64,000 nt of DNA from Nymphaea colorata (lineage: Eukaryota). The notes beneath the pieces are model-generated. The model was given only the letters and a program-made list of their open reading frames with translations, made no database searches and was not told the origin of the DNA. The DNA is taken from NCBI RefSeq assembly GCF_008831285.2, contig NC_045138.2, positions 42,532,001-42,596,000 on the forward strand, read 5' to 3'. Every line of letters begins with the position of its first letter. The first letter of the stretch is position 1. Below, piece after piece: positions 26,399 to 40,363 of the stretch. The translations under genes were made by a program, and so were the position numbers.

Positions 26399-27706
26399 AT
26401 GGTAGACAGAAGTTAGATAGCAAAAGATAAGTATTTGTCATATTATTATGTTAATATGGAACACTAGACTAATTATATCATTTTGTGGTTCTATGTAGGA
26501 CAGACTTAACATTTTTTACTAGAGTGCATGATTTTAAGAACTTTCCAAAAAGGAATAATGCATTTGTTGATGGAAAGATTAAATGTCCTTGTTGAAAATG
26601 TAGTAATTGCATACTAGAGTGTATAGTAATTGTTTTAGATCATGTGGTCTGCAACGGTTTGATTGGAAGCTATACGAGGTGGTATGACCATGGTGAAAGT
26701 ATAAAGCTAGCAGCAAACCATATAGAAGAAGCTTCAAACATTAATGTTGACAAGATTAATGAGCTCATTATGGATGATTGTCAAGAAATGGACACTAAAT
26801 CTATCTCATTAGGTGTTGATACAAATGAACCAGAAAGCCACCTTGAAATAGAACTTGAGTTTGTGAAGTTTCTAGAGGAAGCCAACAAAGAGCTTATCCA
26901 AGAGCTATGCACTACACAAAGTTGTCATTTCTCGTGTTTAATTCACATCAAGTGTCTATACGGGTCGAGTAACAAGGCTTTTGGGTGATATTAGAATTGT
27001 TGATTGCTGTATTTCCACAACCTATGCATGGAAATCATTTGATGTGTCACATCCAACATTTGCAGCAGATAGTTGTAATGCTAGACTAGGTTTAGCAAAT
27101 GATGGTTTTAATCCATTTAGAAATTTGAGTACAACATACCGTCTGTGGCTTGTTTAGTGTTTATGTATAACTTACCGCCATGGGTTAATATGAAACGACC
27201 TTTGACATTATTATCTTGTTAGGTTTTGGGCCCAAATCATGGAAAAACACAATAGATGTACTTTTACAGCCATGGTTGATGACTTGCTGATAATGTGGAA
27301 TGGAATGAGAAAGTATTACATGTCAAATAAGGAAAATTTTCAATCCATGGAGCATTGTTGTGGACAATAAATGAGTTTGAAACATATGGAGACTTGTCAG
27401 GTTGGAGCACCAAAGGTAAGCTTGGGCATGGGGCCGGGCTGCCACCAAGTACTTGGTACTCGGCCCGACTCGGGGCCGGGTTTGGGTCCAGAAAAACGTA
27501 ATCGAGCCGAGCCCAAGCTCGGTTTTTTTTAGTCCAGCCGGGTCCGAGCCCAAGTTTTAGATGTCGTGTTAGCCCAAGCCCGACTCGTTATGCCCGATGC
27601 CTAGGCTTAACCAAAGGGATAGTTGTCGTTCTGTCACAAAGATACACATTCACAAAGTTTAATCAAAAGTAAGAAAATGTGTTATATAGGTCATCTTAGA
27701 TTCCTG
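26399..27706 (+). pseudogene. CACTA (En/Spm) Tnp2/TnpD transposase remnant with an internal deletion
   Basis: DGKIKCPC*KCSN, HVVCNGLIGSYTRWYDHGE, WKSFD..HPTFAA, RLGLANDGFNPF, YNLPPW, LLWTINEF..YGDLSGWSTKG, KMCYIGHLRFL. Confidence 0.85.
27417..27609. mobile_element. hAT-type MITE (193 bp) inserted in the CACTA transposase
   Basis: Perfect 8-bp TSD ACCAAAGG (27409-27416, 27610-27617). TIRs TAAGCTTGGGCAT / ATGCCTAGGCTTA; GCCCGA subterminal repeats. Confidence 0.9.
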
Positions 27707-27707
27707 G

Positions 27708-30700
27708 TGATAATGCACGAGATTAATCAATTTTTAATTATTATTTTCATGAAATTTTTATGTGATTTAATGTTTGTGTTTGGTTAGGGTTCAAAGAGTC
27801 ATTGTTTGAATTTGATCCAAGCTAAACAAAGAAATTATGTGTAAACCAGTCAAAATTGACTTTTTTTTTATTAAAGAACCCATATTTTTTTATTAAATTT
27901 AAATCCTTGATTCCCAAAACATGTTTTTTCTTTGGGTTTGTATTTTTGTTACAAGTTGTTTAAGTTTAATAGGATTAAAATGAATTATTTAGTAAAGAAA
28001 ATAAACCCTCCAGAATTATTTTGGAAAATGAGTTTATAAATAGGCTTATTTTTGAAAATATGACTTTTCTTGGAATTTTTATGAAATTTTTTGAGCTGGG
28101 CGGAAACCCCAGCTCGTTTTGGTAAAGAAGAGCCAGACTGCAGCACTCTTTCTCTTTGTTTTGGGTTTCTCTTGGTGAAGCCTTAGGAGGAAGAAGCTTC
28201 ACCTGGTTTCTAGGTGACGCCCCTTTGGTGGAGCTTCATCCTACTGTAACCCCTTTTCCATCAATATCTTTTTCTCTCTAAAACTTATTGCACCAGCACG
28301 ATGGATGAAGAATGGAAGCCAATGGAGGGTTCTAGAGGTTGTATGAAGTCTCTAATTCGGGATTGAAGAGAACCACACCCATTTCTAGGTAAGTTTTCTT
28401 AATTTCTAGCATTTCACGTTAAATATTAGTTGATTTTCATTGCATACCATCGTTTAGGGCTGGGTTTTCGAGTTTCCCTAGCTGTGGATTTTTGTTTTTG
28501 GGTAGATTTCTGTAAATTCGTTGCTTGGGTCACCTCTTTCATGTATGCATTTCATATTTTTGCTTAGGTTGATTATTGTCAGTTGTATTTGTCGATTAGA
28601 GTAGAATAGAAAGAGCTGTCATGTGGTCTCATGTTATAGCTGCTGTTTTCACATTTTCCAGCAAGCTCAAGCCATCTTCTTGCTGACTTTGTTTAGTTTT
28701 TCACTGTAGTGATTTAGAATCGTGCATATATGTTTAATCTTGTTGATTTCTTTAGAATTTTGCATTTGCAATCATGTTTTATCTAAGTTTTGGGCTTGGG
28801 AAGCTCACCGGCTAGCTCTTTGGTTAGGTTGCTAGTTGCATTCCACTGCATTTGGTATTTGTTCTCTTTTAGTCCATTTTGTTTCCATCATTAATTATTC
28901 ATGATTTAGTGCCCATCGTTATAGATTGGGTAATACATAGTGTGCCCAAATAGGGTTTTTGTGGTTCTTAACTAGCTGGAGCTTGCTGATCATGGTCAGT
29001 AGCTCTTAAGCTTAGTTTCTTTTAATTCCTTAATTTCTCAAGCCTTAATTTTGTGTGTTTTAGCATGTCGTAGCTAGAGACCATAATTATACCACTATTT
29101 AACTAGCTAAAGTTGATAGAGTTTAAGTGTTAATGGTATTTACTTTATGTTTAGTAGCTGGATTCATTAGGTAATTTTATAGGTTTCCAACTAGTATAGA
29201 ATAAATTTCTGGTAGTGAACTGTTATGTTTACTTGAAGTTCATGTTTTTTTTTTGTTGTATGAATTTTAGTTATCTTACATTTTAATTCATTTTTAGACG
29301 TACCCTAGTTAGATGTGATGATGTATGCTCAATTTAATTGTGTTCGTTGTTACTTACTGCATTTTCTAATTTTATATTAGTGTGTATGCACATTAGTTTG
29401 TTGTTTATTGTATTTTGACTGCAATTTTTATTGTAGAATGGAGGATGAATAGTTATCCTCAAATTATATTAGTTTTTAAATATAAAGATAGTTATAAATC
29501 CTTATTTGTAGCTAATTTAATACTATGAATTGTTGTGCTTTGTATTTACTAGTTTAAGTGTAGTGCATACATATCTCATGTTGTTCCTTAGCCTCTTTTC
29601 ATTCAACTACGGCTATAGGTCGGTAAATTAGATAATTATTTGTTATTTAGATTAGTTTTTAAGTAAAAACTAATGATTAATCATGTTTTAGTGTGCTTAT
29701 CTTGCTTTAGGCAGGTGTTGCTTGTATTTTGTTAGTTACTTTTATTTGTTGTCTAAAATTTATTATTCATGCGTTAGAGTGATTATAGTGTAGATTGGAT
29801 TTTTATCTTGTTTAAGTAGTAAAATTCTAGATTGACATTGTTCTAAGTGTTGTGCATTAGTATAAACAGGAGTAATTTCAGTAATTTATTATTAGGGCTG
29901 ATTGATCTTTAATTTTCTTTATAGTGTTTGTGAGATCTAGCATAGATAAGTCATTTTTTTGTTTGAATTTAGTCATTTCACTTAATTTTAGGTATGTTAA
30001 AGTGGGGATTTTAGGGCTGGACGTGTCCATCAACTAGTGTTTTCGCAGTTGGTCCAGTTTTCTTGCTTTTAGTTGTAGTATCTCAGGTTATTGTTTGTTA
30101 ATTTAGAATGGTGAGTTAGTATTATTTAATATTTCCTAGTTAATAACCTGCTAATTTCCATTGTTCTAGTTACTGTAGTGATGCTTGCTAACTAGGTTAG
30201 TAGTAGATTTGATTTTTAGAAACTTGGGTTCAGGTTTTGTAGTTTGGCTTATTGTAATGCACTCCGGTAGTTTTACTACTGGTGTAGATTTATCTTAGTA
30301 GTCAAGTTGAACTTTTTTTAGTTTAAATCATGTTTTTCTAGGATATGATGATTATCTTTCATTTCAGTTAGTTTGTAGGTAAATATTAGTTGGTAACTAG
30401 TGGATATAGTTATTTTTAGCTTGCGGACTGCTACTGGTTGATTTTCTGCATTCTAGAGAGAGAAAGTCCGCAATTTTGTATTAGGTATTGATTTTGATTG
30501 TATTTTCTGTGGTTTTTAGTATAGTTTAGTAGCAAAAATAGTTATATTTTCCTAAAAAACAGTTTTAGATGAAAATAAGTTAATTAGTAGATACACCTAG
30601 TTTTTAATAGGAGTTGTTCTATAGAAAGAGAGTGCATGTTTTTGCTTAAATGTTTGTTATTTTGGTACATTTCTTGTTCTAGTTTGGTAGTTTAGATTAG

Positions 30701-31580
30701 TATGCTTTGAAATTTCTAGTTTGTAGTCTTTAGTTGTTAGATTTAAAATCATTATTGTAGTCTAGCAATCTACAATAGTGGATTGCATAATTTTGAGTTC
30801 ACGCATAACATGCGATCAAACTAGTCTAAACTTGGTTTAGCCAACATTAACTAAGTCTAGATACTTTTGACATAAAAGATTCTAAAAGCTAGTTATATTT
30901 TGCATTAACAACCCGTTAGCACACACGTACAAGCATATACATAAGATCTCTTATTTTTATGTTTTGGCCGTCTTGTATTGCTGCCATTTTGTACTCTAAC
31001 TTATGCAGTTGAATCTTTCTTTATGCATCCTACAACCAGCTCAAAAGGTTCAACTTTCTTTGTGCATCCTACAACCAGCTCAAAAGGAAAGCAAGAAACA
31101 TCAATGAGGATGAAGAACTGTCCTTGTTAAAGATTGGAGTAGCTTTGAAGATTAAGTCATCAAGCATCTTCAAGAGAGCTGCCTCCATTTTAGATTTTGG
31201 ATTTTAATTTCTTGTATTAGTATTTTGTTGTATTTTAAAGACATTTGTGTGCTAATTGGAAAGGGTTCATGCAATACCATTGAACATTGAATTATCTTGT
31301 GGATTTTTAATTTCATGTAATAGAAGTATCTCAATTGAGTAAATTTGTGCTTGTTTTATATTGATTCTTCTTAATTTCGCCATGTCTTGATTATGTAAGT
31401 CATGATATTCAATTGTTGTCCCAAGAGTTTGACTCAGACTCACCATTTGTGAAATCTGGTAAAGTATAACTGGTGCATAGTTTCACTTTGTATTGTAACA
31501 GTTGTTTAATTTTATATATGTGAACAGAGATTTGAATTGAATTATATTGTAAAATTGTATCAATATCCAAAACCACGCCA
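27708..31580 (+). mobile_element. Long AT-rich, TAG/TAGTT-rich probable gypsy LTR-derived block
   Basis: Abruptly truncates the CACTA frame. Strong T/G strand skew, donor GGTAAG at ~28388 and acceptor TATGCAG at ~31008. No ORF; boundaries uncertain. Confidence 0.3.
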
Positions 31581-33343
31581 CTTGCCTTTGAATCATTAGT
31601 TGAGATGGAATCGGCCTTCATTTGATGGTCAAGTAGAAACTAGGATGGTTCCCATCCTATTGTCCGGTACAGATGCACTAAAACAGATGAAATGTGTGAA
31701 AGACTTTACAGTTAGTGACATTGCTCAAAAGAATGAACAATTTCAATTTCCATAAAATAGAAGAAAAAAAATATTTTTTATACTTCACCTAGTGACAAAC
31801 AAATTTGTTACGTCACAAACTTGATGTCATGCATATAGAAAAACAAACATTTGTCAGAACATCATCAGTATACTATTAAATATAGATGGAAAGTCCAAAA
31901 ATCACCTTAACACATGATTGGATTTGGTAGAAATGAATGTAAAACATGCACTTCATCCACAAAATCAGGTAGAAAAGCATATTTGCTTAAACTTCCTTTT
32001 GCATGTGTAGAGAGGGAAAAATATGTTCTACAAAATTTTGCAAAATATTAAACTGCCAAAATGGTGAAAATATTTCTCGTCATGTGAACATGAAAGAAAT
32101 TAAAGTTACACGTTTAAAACAAGGAGATGGTGGTTGTAGATGGATCAGCTGTAAAGGGGCATGGAGCTTCAGGTATAGTAATATTTTTTAACATTCAGGC
32201 ACATGATCCAGGGGAGTCTAGGATGAAGACCTCCCTCGAAGCATAGATGGAAGTGTGCAAGCAGCCTTAATTGCAGATGAGAAACAAGTAGAACATGCCT
32301 GTAGAAGAAGGCTTTACTCCAAGGGCATGTGGAAGTCTTCCCTTGTTGCATCAGCCATGACAATAGTCATTTGGAAGGCTCATGGGCAAGGGTTTCCAAT
32401 GGGGGCTCTCTCTCATAATTTAGACCATCAAGCAAAAAATGGTGGTGATTGAGGAACCTGGTTGAGTGAAAAAGGGTTCAACAGATTAGTGTTGCGGCTG
32501 TTGAATGTCTGATCTATGGGATCACATCAAAGTTTGTTGGAATCCTACGGACTTACGGAACTGCTCGATGTGGGCTTGCAATTGTTGGATTTCATGTAAG
32601 TTTTGGATTCTTTGTTTCAATCGATACTTTGAAGTCATAGGTGTATACTCCGACCCTGACTTTAAGAAGAGAAGCTGTAACTAAATATGGGCATTAGCAT
32701 GCACCATTGTTGTCCTTGGGAGTTCATATTTAATTATAATATTGGTTATTTGCAAAAGGGTGGATTCATGAAGTTATGGCAGCATAATAGGATTTGCAAT
32801 TGGTGGGACTGTTGTATGTGTAGTGGGAAGTTAAGGTCGGAGGTCAAGGTTTATAACTAATTGCATTACTGAACTATGACTAGGTGGTCTGGCGCGCGAA
32901 ACCACATCCAAAGACATGCCCAAAGATCATACTAGGTAGAACTCTTTCATTTCGGTGAACAAACTTTTATGTGAATTAATGATTGACTTGTTAAGAATGA
33001 AATGTTTAAGAGTTGTGACAGATCTTAATTCATCAAGGTTATTATAATTCAAGGCAAGCAATTGTAATGAGAAGATAAATTTATCAGAATATTAATAAAA
33101 CTTTTAAACAAGTCTGTATCACCATAAGGCCTGCATAAGGGCAATTGATAGCCAGAATGATATGACATAATCTAACATGTTTTAGATACAATTCTTAAGT
33201 AGCTTGCAACCTTAATTTAATTCTTTCTATGAGCAGCTCAATAATACACAAGACAATGAGATGGACATAAAAGATAATATAAGAAATTTCCAATCAATTG
33301 TAGGCATCTAACAGTTCTTAGCCATGTAATAAGTCATGAGGAG

Positions 33344-33500
33344 TTGGAGGTGTGTGATGATCTCCTCTATGATGATGAACCATTGATGGTTGTAGATGAG
33401 CAGGAGCATGTGTTGCGCACAAAGACTATTTCTATCATCAAGGTAGAGTGGCAGCACCATGGAGCTATAGAGTGTGTATGGGAGCTCAAAGCGAAAACGA
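33344..33500 (+). pseudogene. Chromovirus (Tekay/Del-type) integrase C-terminal chromodomain remnant
   Basis: DDLLYDDEPLMVVDEQEHVLRTKTISIIKVEWQHHGAIECVWE resembles DLTYEEEP..ILD.....LR.K.I..VKV.W..H..EEATWE. Confidence 0.75.
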
Positions 33501-33522
33501 AAATTTCTGAGGGAGAGAGAAG

Positions 33523-34110
33523 TATGACATCCCGGTTAGTAGATACATTCAGAATCAGTTTCTTCATTTTTTAAATTTGACTTTTGTGTTTTGTATGTTT
33601 ATGTACGCTACTTTCTAATATCTTGGAGTCATCATACAAGAGTGGCATGATTGTATAAAGATCGTTTTCAGCTCTCCAATGACACTAACTGAGTGAAGAT
33701 AAAAGAACCATTCAGTTGAAGTTTGGGTTCTTTAGAAAATTCTTGAAAAATATAAGCATGGTTTTGGAAAAATCATGAGCTACTTAAATGAAATTGCTAA
33801 GCACTCTTAAGGGATTTATCTATAAGCCAATTGAAGGATTAGTAATTTGTTAATCAGATGCTTAGCAATATTACTAAGCAAGATTATGACCTAATAATGA
33901 TTGTTCAAATCAATGATTGACCTTTAATAATCAAGGATTATCTTTAATTAATTAGGTAATTACTAATTAGTGATATTATTAATTATTTCTTAGTTTAAGT
34001 GAAATTTCTTAAAATTTTAGGTTTTTTCCAAAAAAAATGACATATAGAGTGGGAGGTTGAGCAAACCCCACCATCCCCTCCCAACGTTTTGAGAGAGAGA
34101 GAGAGAGAGA

Positions 34111-34151
<41 letters not shown>

Positions 34152-35502
34152 AAATTGAAAAAAAAAAGAAGGAAAAAGAAAGAAGAGAAGGCAGGAGAAA
34201 GAGAAACTGCCAGCGTTGCCAAGGAGGTTGTTTGGCAATGTTGGAGGTGTTTAGTGCAAACCAGTACCAAGAAAAAACGCAGACATGGCCTACCCCAAGG
34301 GTTTTATGATTGAAATTTGTGTTTTTGATTAAATTCGGACCATAGCATGCACTGTCTCACACCAAACTCTTGAACTCATGCCTATTTTTCATACTCTATG
34401 CATTGACATATTTGATTTGTGGAAAATGGCCCAGTTTGGTTGTTTACAGAAAGCCCCAAACCCCTAGTTTTTCCAAGGGCCTTTGGGGTTAATTTTGACG
34501 CATATTTTTTTGTGATCTATGCATTTGCATATTTAGTTTTGTGAGAAAAAACTAGTTTGGACGTTTAAGCCATTAAGTGATCATAGAATGATATGGTTTC
34601 TTATAAGCACTAGCAACAGTACACACACATCTGTTAGTTTTTTTATATGATTTCACCCACTAATGTATGATAATCTGATGTGAGGATCACAAACATCGTG
34701 ACCATGTTATGCTTTTAATTGGATCTATTCGAGAGGCATTGTATTATGACTGGGATGCTGACATACTGGTGTTAGATCAGTGCTTGCGTAGAATGTGATT
34801 TCACATTGTGCTAGTATATTTTATTGATTATTGTGATATAAGCCTTATGTGGCATGTGAATATTGTGAGCTTACCATGAACGGATTTTACGAGTAAATGC
34901 TAGTCAAGCCCACTATACAAGAGGTTAAGTGGGCAGCACATTGGTCTAGGTTTCAAGAACATACTATATTGCGAAGTGCTCTTCACTTAGGCTACTAGCT
35001 TGGAGACTGTCCCTATGTTGAGGATGAGATGCCACTGTTGCAGTAGTAATAGCTGAGTTTAACGTAGTTTGGAGATATGGCTAGAGTTATGTAGCACTCT
35101 TTGTTCCCAGTGACTCGGTTTGTGTGTGATGGCCATAAGTTGTGCAACGATATAGATGGACTATGTTGCGTGTTGACACATGTTATTTGTGTATTATAGT
35201 TTGTTTGGATTATACATTGTAGGCTCAGGAAAGGACATATTAGAGTTTATCTCTAATGTGTTGATGTTTGCTTTTAGGTACTCACTAAGTAGCGAGTGGC
35301 ATTTCTCAATTGTGATGCTGCCAAGATAGAGAGGATGATTGATGGGCGGGGTGATTATGTCATTCTTGACTCATGTTTTTTATCTGTGCACCCAGTTTCT
35401 ATATATTCGATCATGTAAGACAATGGCTTTTTGTATATATATGGTGTTTATATATTTTGATGTATGTTTTGGGTTTGACCACCAGTGTATGGGTGTTTCA
35501 CA
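33523..35502 (+). mobile_element. Tekay/Del-type 3' LTR (~2 kb) containing a (GA)n microsatellite
   Basis: Follows the PPT GAGGGAGAGAGAAG. Starts TATGACATCCCGG (decayed TGTGACA) and ends GGGTGTTTCACA. (GA)n at 34091-34146. Confidence 0.65.
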
Positions 35503-35999
35503 CATTAGTTATGATGTGTACTCATTAACACGCCACTGTGATAGAATAGAGCACATATATGCTTAGATAGTTCGAGCTATGCGCCAGTTACGTGGGCAAT
35601 TATTATATTGTATCGTAAAGCAGATCGTGTTCTTCACCAATTACAAAGACAAAATGTTGTACTATGCATGATTCACATCGATTGTACTACGGGTCATTAA
35701 TGAAGGCAGTTGTTAAATGGTGTCATCCCCACAATGATAGTTGGTTTCATGGCCAAATTATCCATAATATATTGAACTCTATAAATGGCGATATAAAAGC
35801 CTGAATTTTACTTTGTTTATATGTGAAGGTTTTTTTTGCTAAAAGATAGGTGAGTTGAAAAGGCAAACTGGCCTTTGTTTTAGAAATACAAGAGAAAATA
35901 TGTAAGATGTGACCCAATCTATCAATACGATGTTCAATCATTCCTGGTGTCTTTACCATGAGTAATCAAACCAAAGGTTGAGTATAGGTCTAATTCTTG

Positions 36000-38860
36000 A
36001 TTGAGCATTTGGATATGAACCTAGTGTGCCACATAGGAATGCATGATTAACCTAGAAATAGTCTTGTTTTAGAAAACACATAGACTAAAGTTTGGAAAAT
36101 GTATAGAAAACCCTAATTAGACCCTCAGTAGCTTAGAAGTAGGCAAAGTACATTTCAATCAATGGGTCTACACTTGCATGCAGCCTAAATCTATGTGATG
36201 TATGATTTCAATGGAGGACTGAACATTATGTTTGAAATCATGTTTTTAAAGACGGTTTGATCTAAATTTTGAAATGGGATTAAATTTAGAATAAGAATTG
36301 AAGGGCGCTGGGGATTGGAATGGATTGAATTATCATTTGTGTTTGAATTTCTTTAAATCTGGCCTGTACTAAGAGAGGGTGCAGATTTGAAGGATCTAGG
36401 CGTCGGCCCTAGAGGTTGTTTTTCAAATTTTTGTCAAGGAGGGAAAGTTTGGAATTTCAATTTAAAACTAAGTTTTGATAAAATTATGAAATTCAATTGG
36501 AATTTCATAAGGCTGCTAGACCGGACTGACTCTTTGAATTGAATTAATATAACTTGAGGCCTTGGGGTTGGATCATCTTGAAATGGATTTGTCAGAAAGG
36601 AAAACCTGGGGTTTTGCACATTGATTTTGAAGTTCTAAATCTTCATGCCTCTAAATTTTAGAAAATGAATTCATGTTCCTTGCTTTCTTACGGGGAGTTG
36701 GATGGCATGTGGCTTGAAACTTGGTGAAAGTGTTTGCATGCATGATTCTATTATACATTACATTATGCATGTAAGACTTATACAGAATGAAATAGCTTTA
36801 TTCAATATTAAGTAGTTATTTATATAAAAAATACATAAAAACAAAAAAAAACTCAAACCAAACATCAATAATATTGTGTGCGCCATAAGGTCACCATGAT
36901 GGCATAAGTGAGCCATGAGTAACCACAAATAAAACTACGTGCTATACGAACTTCATTTCTACCTATATTTGATAAACTGGTTCTAGTTTTAGACTGAGTT
37001 GACTAGGTAAATAAGTTTAAAATTAGGAGAATTTTGGGGAGAAATCCCTAGGCACGTCCTTAAGTTGACTTGAAATGGTAAAACTCTGGTTGGAGCCCTA
37101 GTGTAAGAGAGAGTCTGCTAAGAACGCACTGCAGGGTATGAATGTTATGAAAACCTGAAAAATAAGATTCTATAGAAAATGAAGTATACAATTGCGGATG
37201 AAAGCCATACCAAACGACCTTGGATTTTCCTGAAATTAGACTTCTCATGTTTTCCAATGACGCCTTATTTGCAGAAAAGGAATCGTGGGCCACAGAAGTA
37301 CAAGTTCGCAAATTTAGGTTAAAAGATAGGTCTCGGGGAAATTTTCTGCAGAAAACAGCCTTCGGTAAGAGTGTATATGTGGTTTCTAAGAGACTCTAAT
37401 TCAGATAAAAGCTTGGGATAGAGAGAGGGATATTAGAACTTTCCAACAAGTTATATTTTACCCCAAAAACGGCATCTAGTCAGAGAGCTATGAGTCCTCA
37501 AAGTTTACCAAATTTTAGAACTGTTTCTTACGAGATTGCCTATTGCAGAAAACAGGTTTACTTTGGAGTGCAAACGGCGAGCCTACCAGGCTTTGTTCGG
37601 GTCCAAACTTTTATCTGAAGGCTTTACGGGTTTGGGAGAAACTGACCCTTTTTACAGAACGCAAAATTGAACACTGTTTGAAAGTTATAGGGTTCCAAAT
37701 TTGCATTAAAACTGTTGGCGAGCAGATTTTCCTACATGCAGGAACATGGCTTCTAGGGTCTTGGACGTCTATGTGGGAAGACTTAATAAGGAACCAAACA
37801 CGACTCAAGTTCATTTTTATGGCATGTCAGAGTATTAACTATGTACTAATATGATGACACAAATATCTAGGATAATGCATGAAGGCACAAAAGGAACAAA
37901 ATGTTATTGTCCCCCTTCATGATAAACTTCCATCTTTGGGAGAGATGGATGCCTTCATCGTTAGAGCCAGCTTAGCAACTTGAACAACAAATTAAAGAGT
38001 CAATGGTATACATGGAAGTCACGGCTAATAAAGACAAAAATAGTGATTAATAGATCTAAGCATGCACCAAAGCAATATATGGTGAGTTACAAGAAAATCA
38101 ATAATGAAAGGGCCTTCATGCTACGATGATGATAGGAGAACCACTGAAGAAGCGGCAAAAATAAGAAAAGATGAAAGAACAAAAGGAGCATAAGGAAGAA
38201 GTAGAAGAGAAAAATATACATATAGAAGAAAGAAGAGGAAGTTAAAGAAGAAACAAATAAAAGAAACAAATAAAAGAAGTAAACGACGAGGAAGAGACAT
38301 AAGAGAAAAGAGGACGTGATGTGCCTTCTCAAGTCTCGCACCTCCAAAAACGTGGGAAAAGAGGGGCCTAAGTCCTCATTTTATAGCTTTCTAGTGGCTA
38401 TCCCCTAGGGTGGAGCCATATTACTAAAAGAATTAGAAAGATGCTTAGGGTTTAAGTCATAAGACCAATGGTGGACATCAACAGGGAGACGATGTCCTAT
38501 AGATATGGATTCAATAGAAGTTGCAGATCATAAAATCTGGATTTGAAGATGCCTAGGCATGCTCTATCTAGGTCCACCTACGTTCAGATGGATTCATTGG
38601 GTTTGACTGGGCTTGGGCTGGGGGAAACTGGGTTGAACTAGGGTCTTGGGGCATACCGGTCCAGCTTTAGCCAAGCTTAGGTTCAGTCCGGGGCTTGACT
38701 GAGCTAGAAGTAAGCTGGTAGGTTTAGTTTGACCTCAAGAAGGCTAAACTTGGTTTGATAGGGCTCGGATCTAGCTGTGGATTTGAACCAGGATCAAATC
38801 GAGCCTGCCCACATTGAGCTCACCCATGAATGGGTTTTCGACCTGGGCGTGAGGTACATA
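36000..38860 (-). mobile_element. Probable gypsy LTR-derived sequence (decayed or nested)
   Basis: Minus-strand TATA (cattttatagc, ~38380) with a downstream CT-rich leader, like 10200-10680. CACGCCCAGG-type terminus near 38850; no ORF. Confidence 0.3.
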
Positions 38861-39183
38861 CATTAGGTCAAGATTTAGCCAGGGGTGAGCAAAGTGAGCT
38901 CAACTGGTTAGGTTTAGAGTTACGCTAGATTTCATGCATATTTTGAGTATACATGCAAAAGGTAGGTTCTTTTACAGTTAAAACTTAGTATCCTAAGAAA
39001 ATATGCAGCAGGGACAAAAAACTAGATTGTCTCTCACCTGTCAAATGACCATTTTACTCTTGATGGTCACTTATAGTTTTTAATGGAATTATATTATATA
39101 AACTATACCACATGGAAGAGCATGTGAAAACCTTCGGCTAAGGTTTTTCTTTTCTCTCAAACCCTTAGCCACGGCGGTTATAG

Positions 39184-39214
<31 letters not shown>

Positions 39215-40363
39215 TTTCCTATATATATAAGAGTTCAAATCTGATAGATGTCGATGGCTAAAAATTTAAAATATGTAGCGAAAAAAAACATCACTGTGAA
39301 AGCATTATTACCAGTTTATAGTCAGCAATGGTTTGTGGAACTTTTACCAACAGTTTATAGTGTTTTGGAGTTAGATTTGTAATTTTCGATCATCCAGGAA
39401 CCGCCATATTTACAAAAAGAAGGGCCTAGAACTCATCTTGGATCAGATCTAAGAACCTGGAAGGCTGGAATCCGTTCAGATCTATCATCCTTGGGGAAAC
39501 AAATATATCCTTTAGAATTTGAAATCACGAATCACCACACCTGGAGTTTCGTCAGTATCACATGATATCAGCTTTGCAGAGGTGTTGGCTCATAAACCTC
39601 CTTCTCTAAGCGACTCTCTGATGATTGCCAACAAGTGTTCCTCTTCATCTCGTCCACTCGTCTAGTCTCATGCACCATGCCCGCACTTCCCACCCCTTTC
39701 TGGTCCATCACTTCAATTCTCTCTAATGCTTGTCTCCTTCATCACCAACAGCGACAGGATTAGGCCACTTCGAGAAGAAACACCAGCTCTCCATGTTTCA
39801 GTTAAGGTGTTCATGGCAGTTAGTTTAAAGCAAAAGAGAGTTAAGCTCGTCAGCGAGCAAGATAAAAGGAGGAGGATAGATAAAATTTTGCCTACGTACC
39901 TGTGATTAAGTATGAACAAGTATGTTCCATAGCCATTGAAGAAAGTTTCGTATATTAGAAGTGCAGGGCCAACAAAGTTAAACAAATTAAGGGCATCAAA
40001 GGAACAACATGCAAATTAGCATCTAGGGTTGCCCGTTTCCAATGAAATTAGCAGTAAGACAGCAACTTTTCGAACATTTGATTTTTCGGTTATGTTCGGC
40101 AGAAGGAAACCTTCTGAAAGTACATAAATGACCATGTTTAGGCTGTAGTTTTCCTTTCAAGAGTTTACAGAACAAGGTAGTATTTTTCCTTGTAACCAAT
40201 TGGGACGATACGTTACAAAAAATCATTTTCAACAGGACGGCAGAACTATGTCAACACATCACATGCTGAAAGTGTCAAACTCCTTTTGGCTTTACAGCCT
40301 TCTTAGTCTCTGATAGGGCGGCACCATACTGGAGGGTTCAACTTTTCTGATGCTCTACTTGTG

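Noticed and set aside
32169..32452. Possible LINE 3'-end remnant (TIVIWKAH)
   Set aside because: A single weak motif; no poly(A) tail or RT evidence.
33995..34309. ORFs with SLSLSL / RERERE runs (also 43409-43751 and 45975-46217)
   Set aside because: Translations of (GA)n/(CT)n microsatellites.
39713..39985. Candidate last exon of the TBC gene
   Set aside because: No similarity to the expected C-terminus; the VAFDKIG exon at 40393 fits instead.
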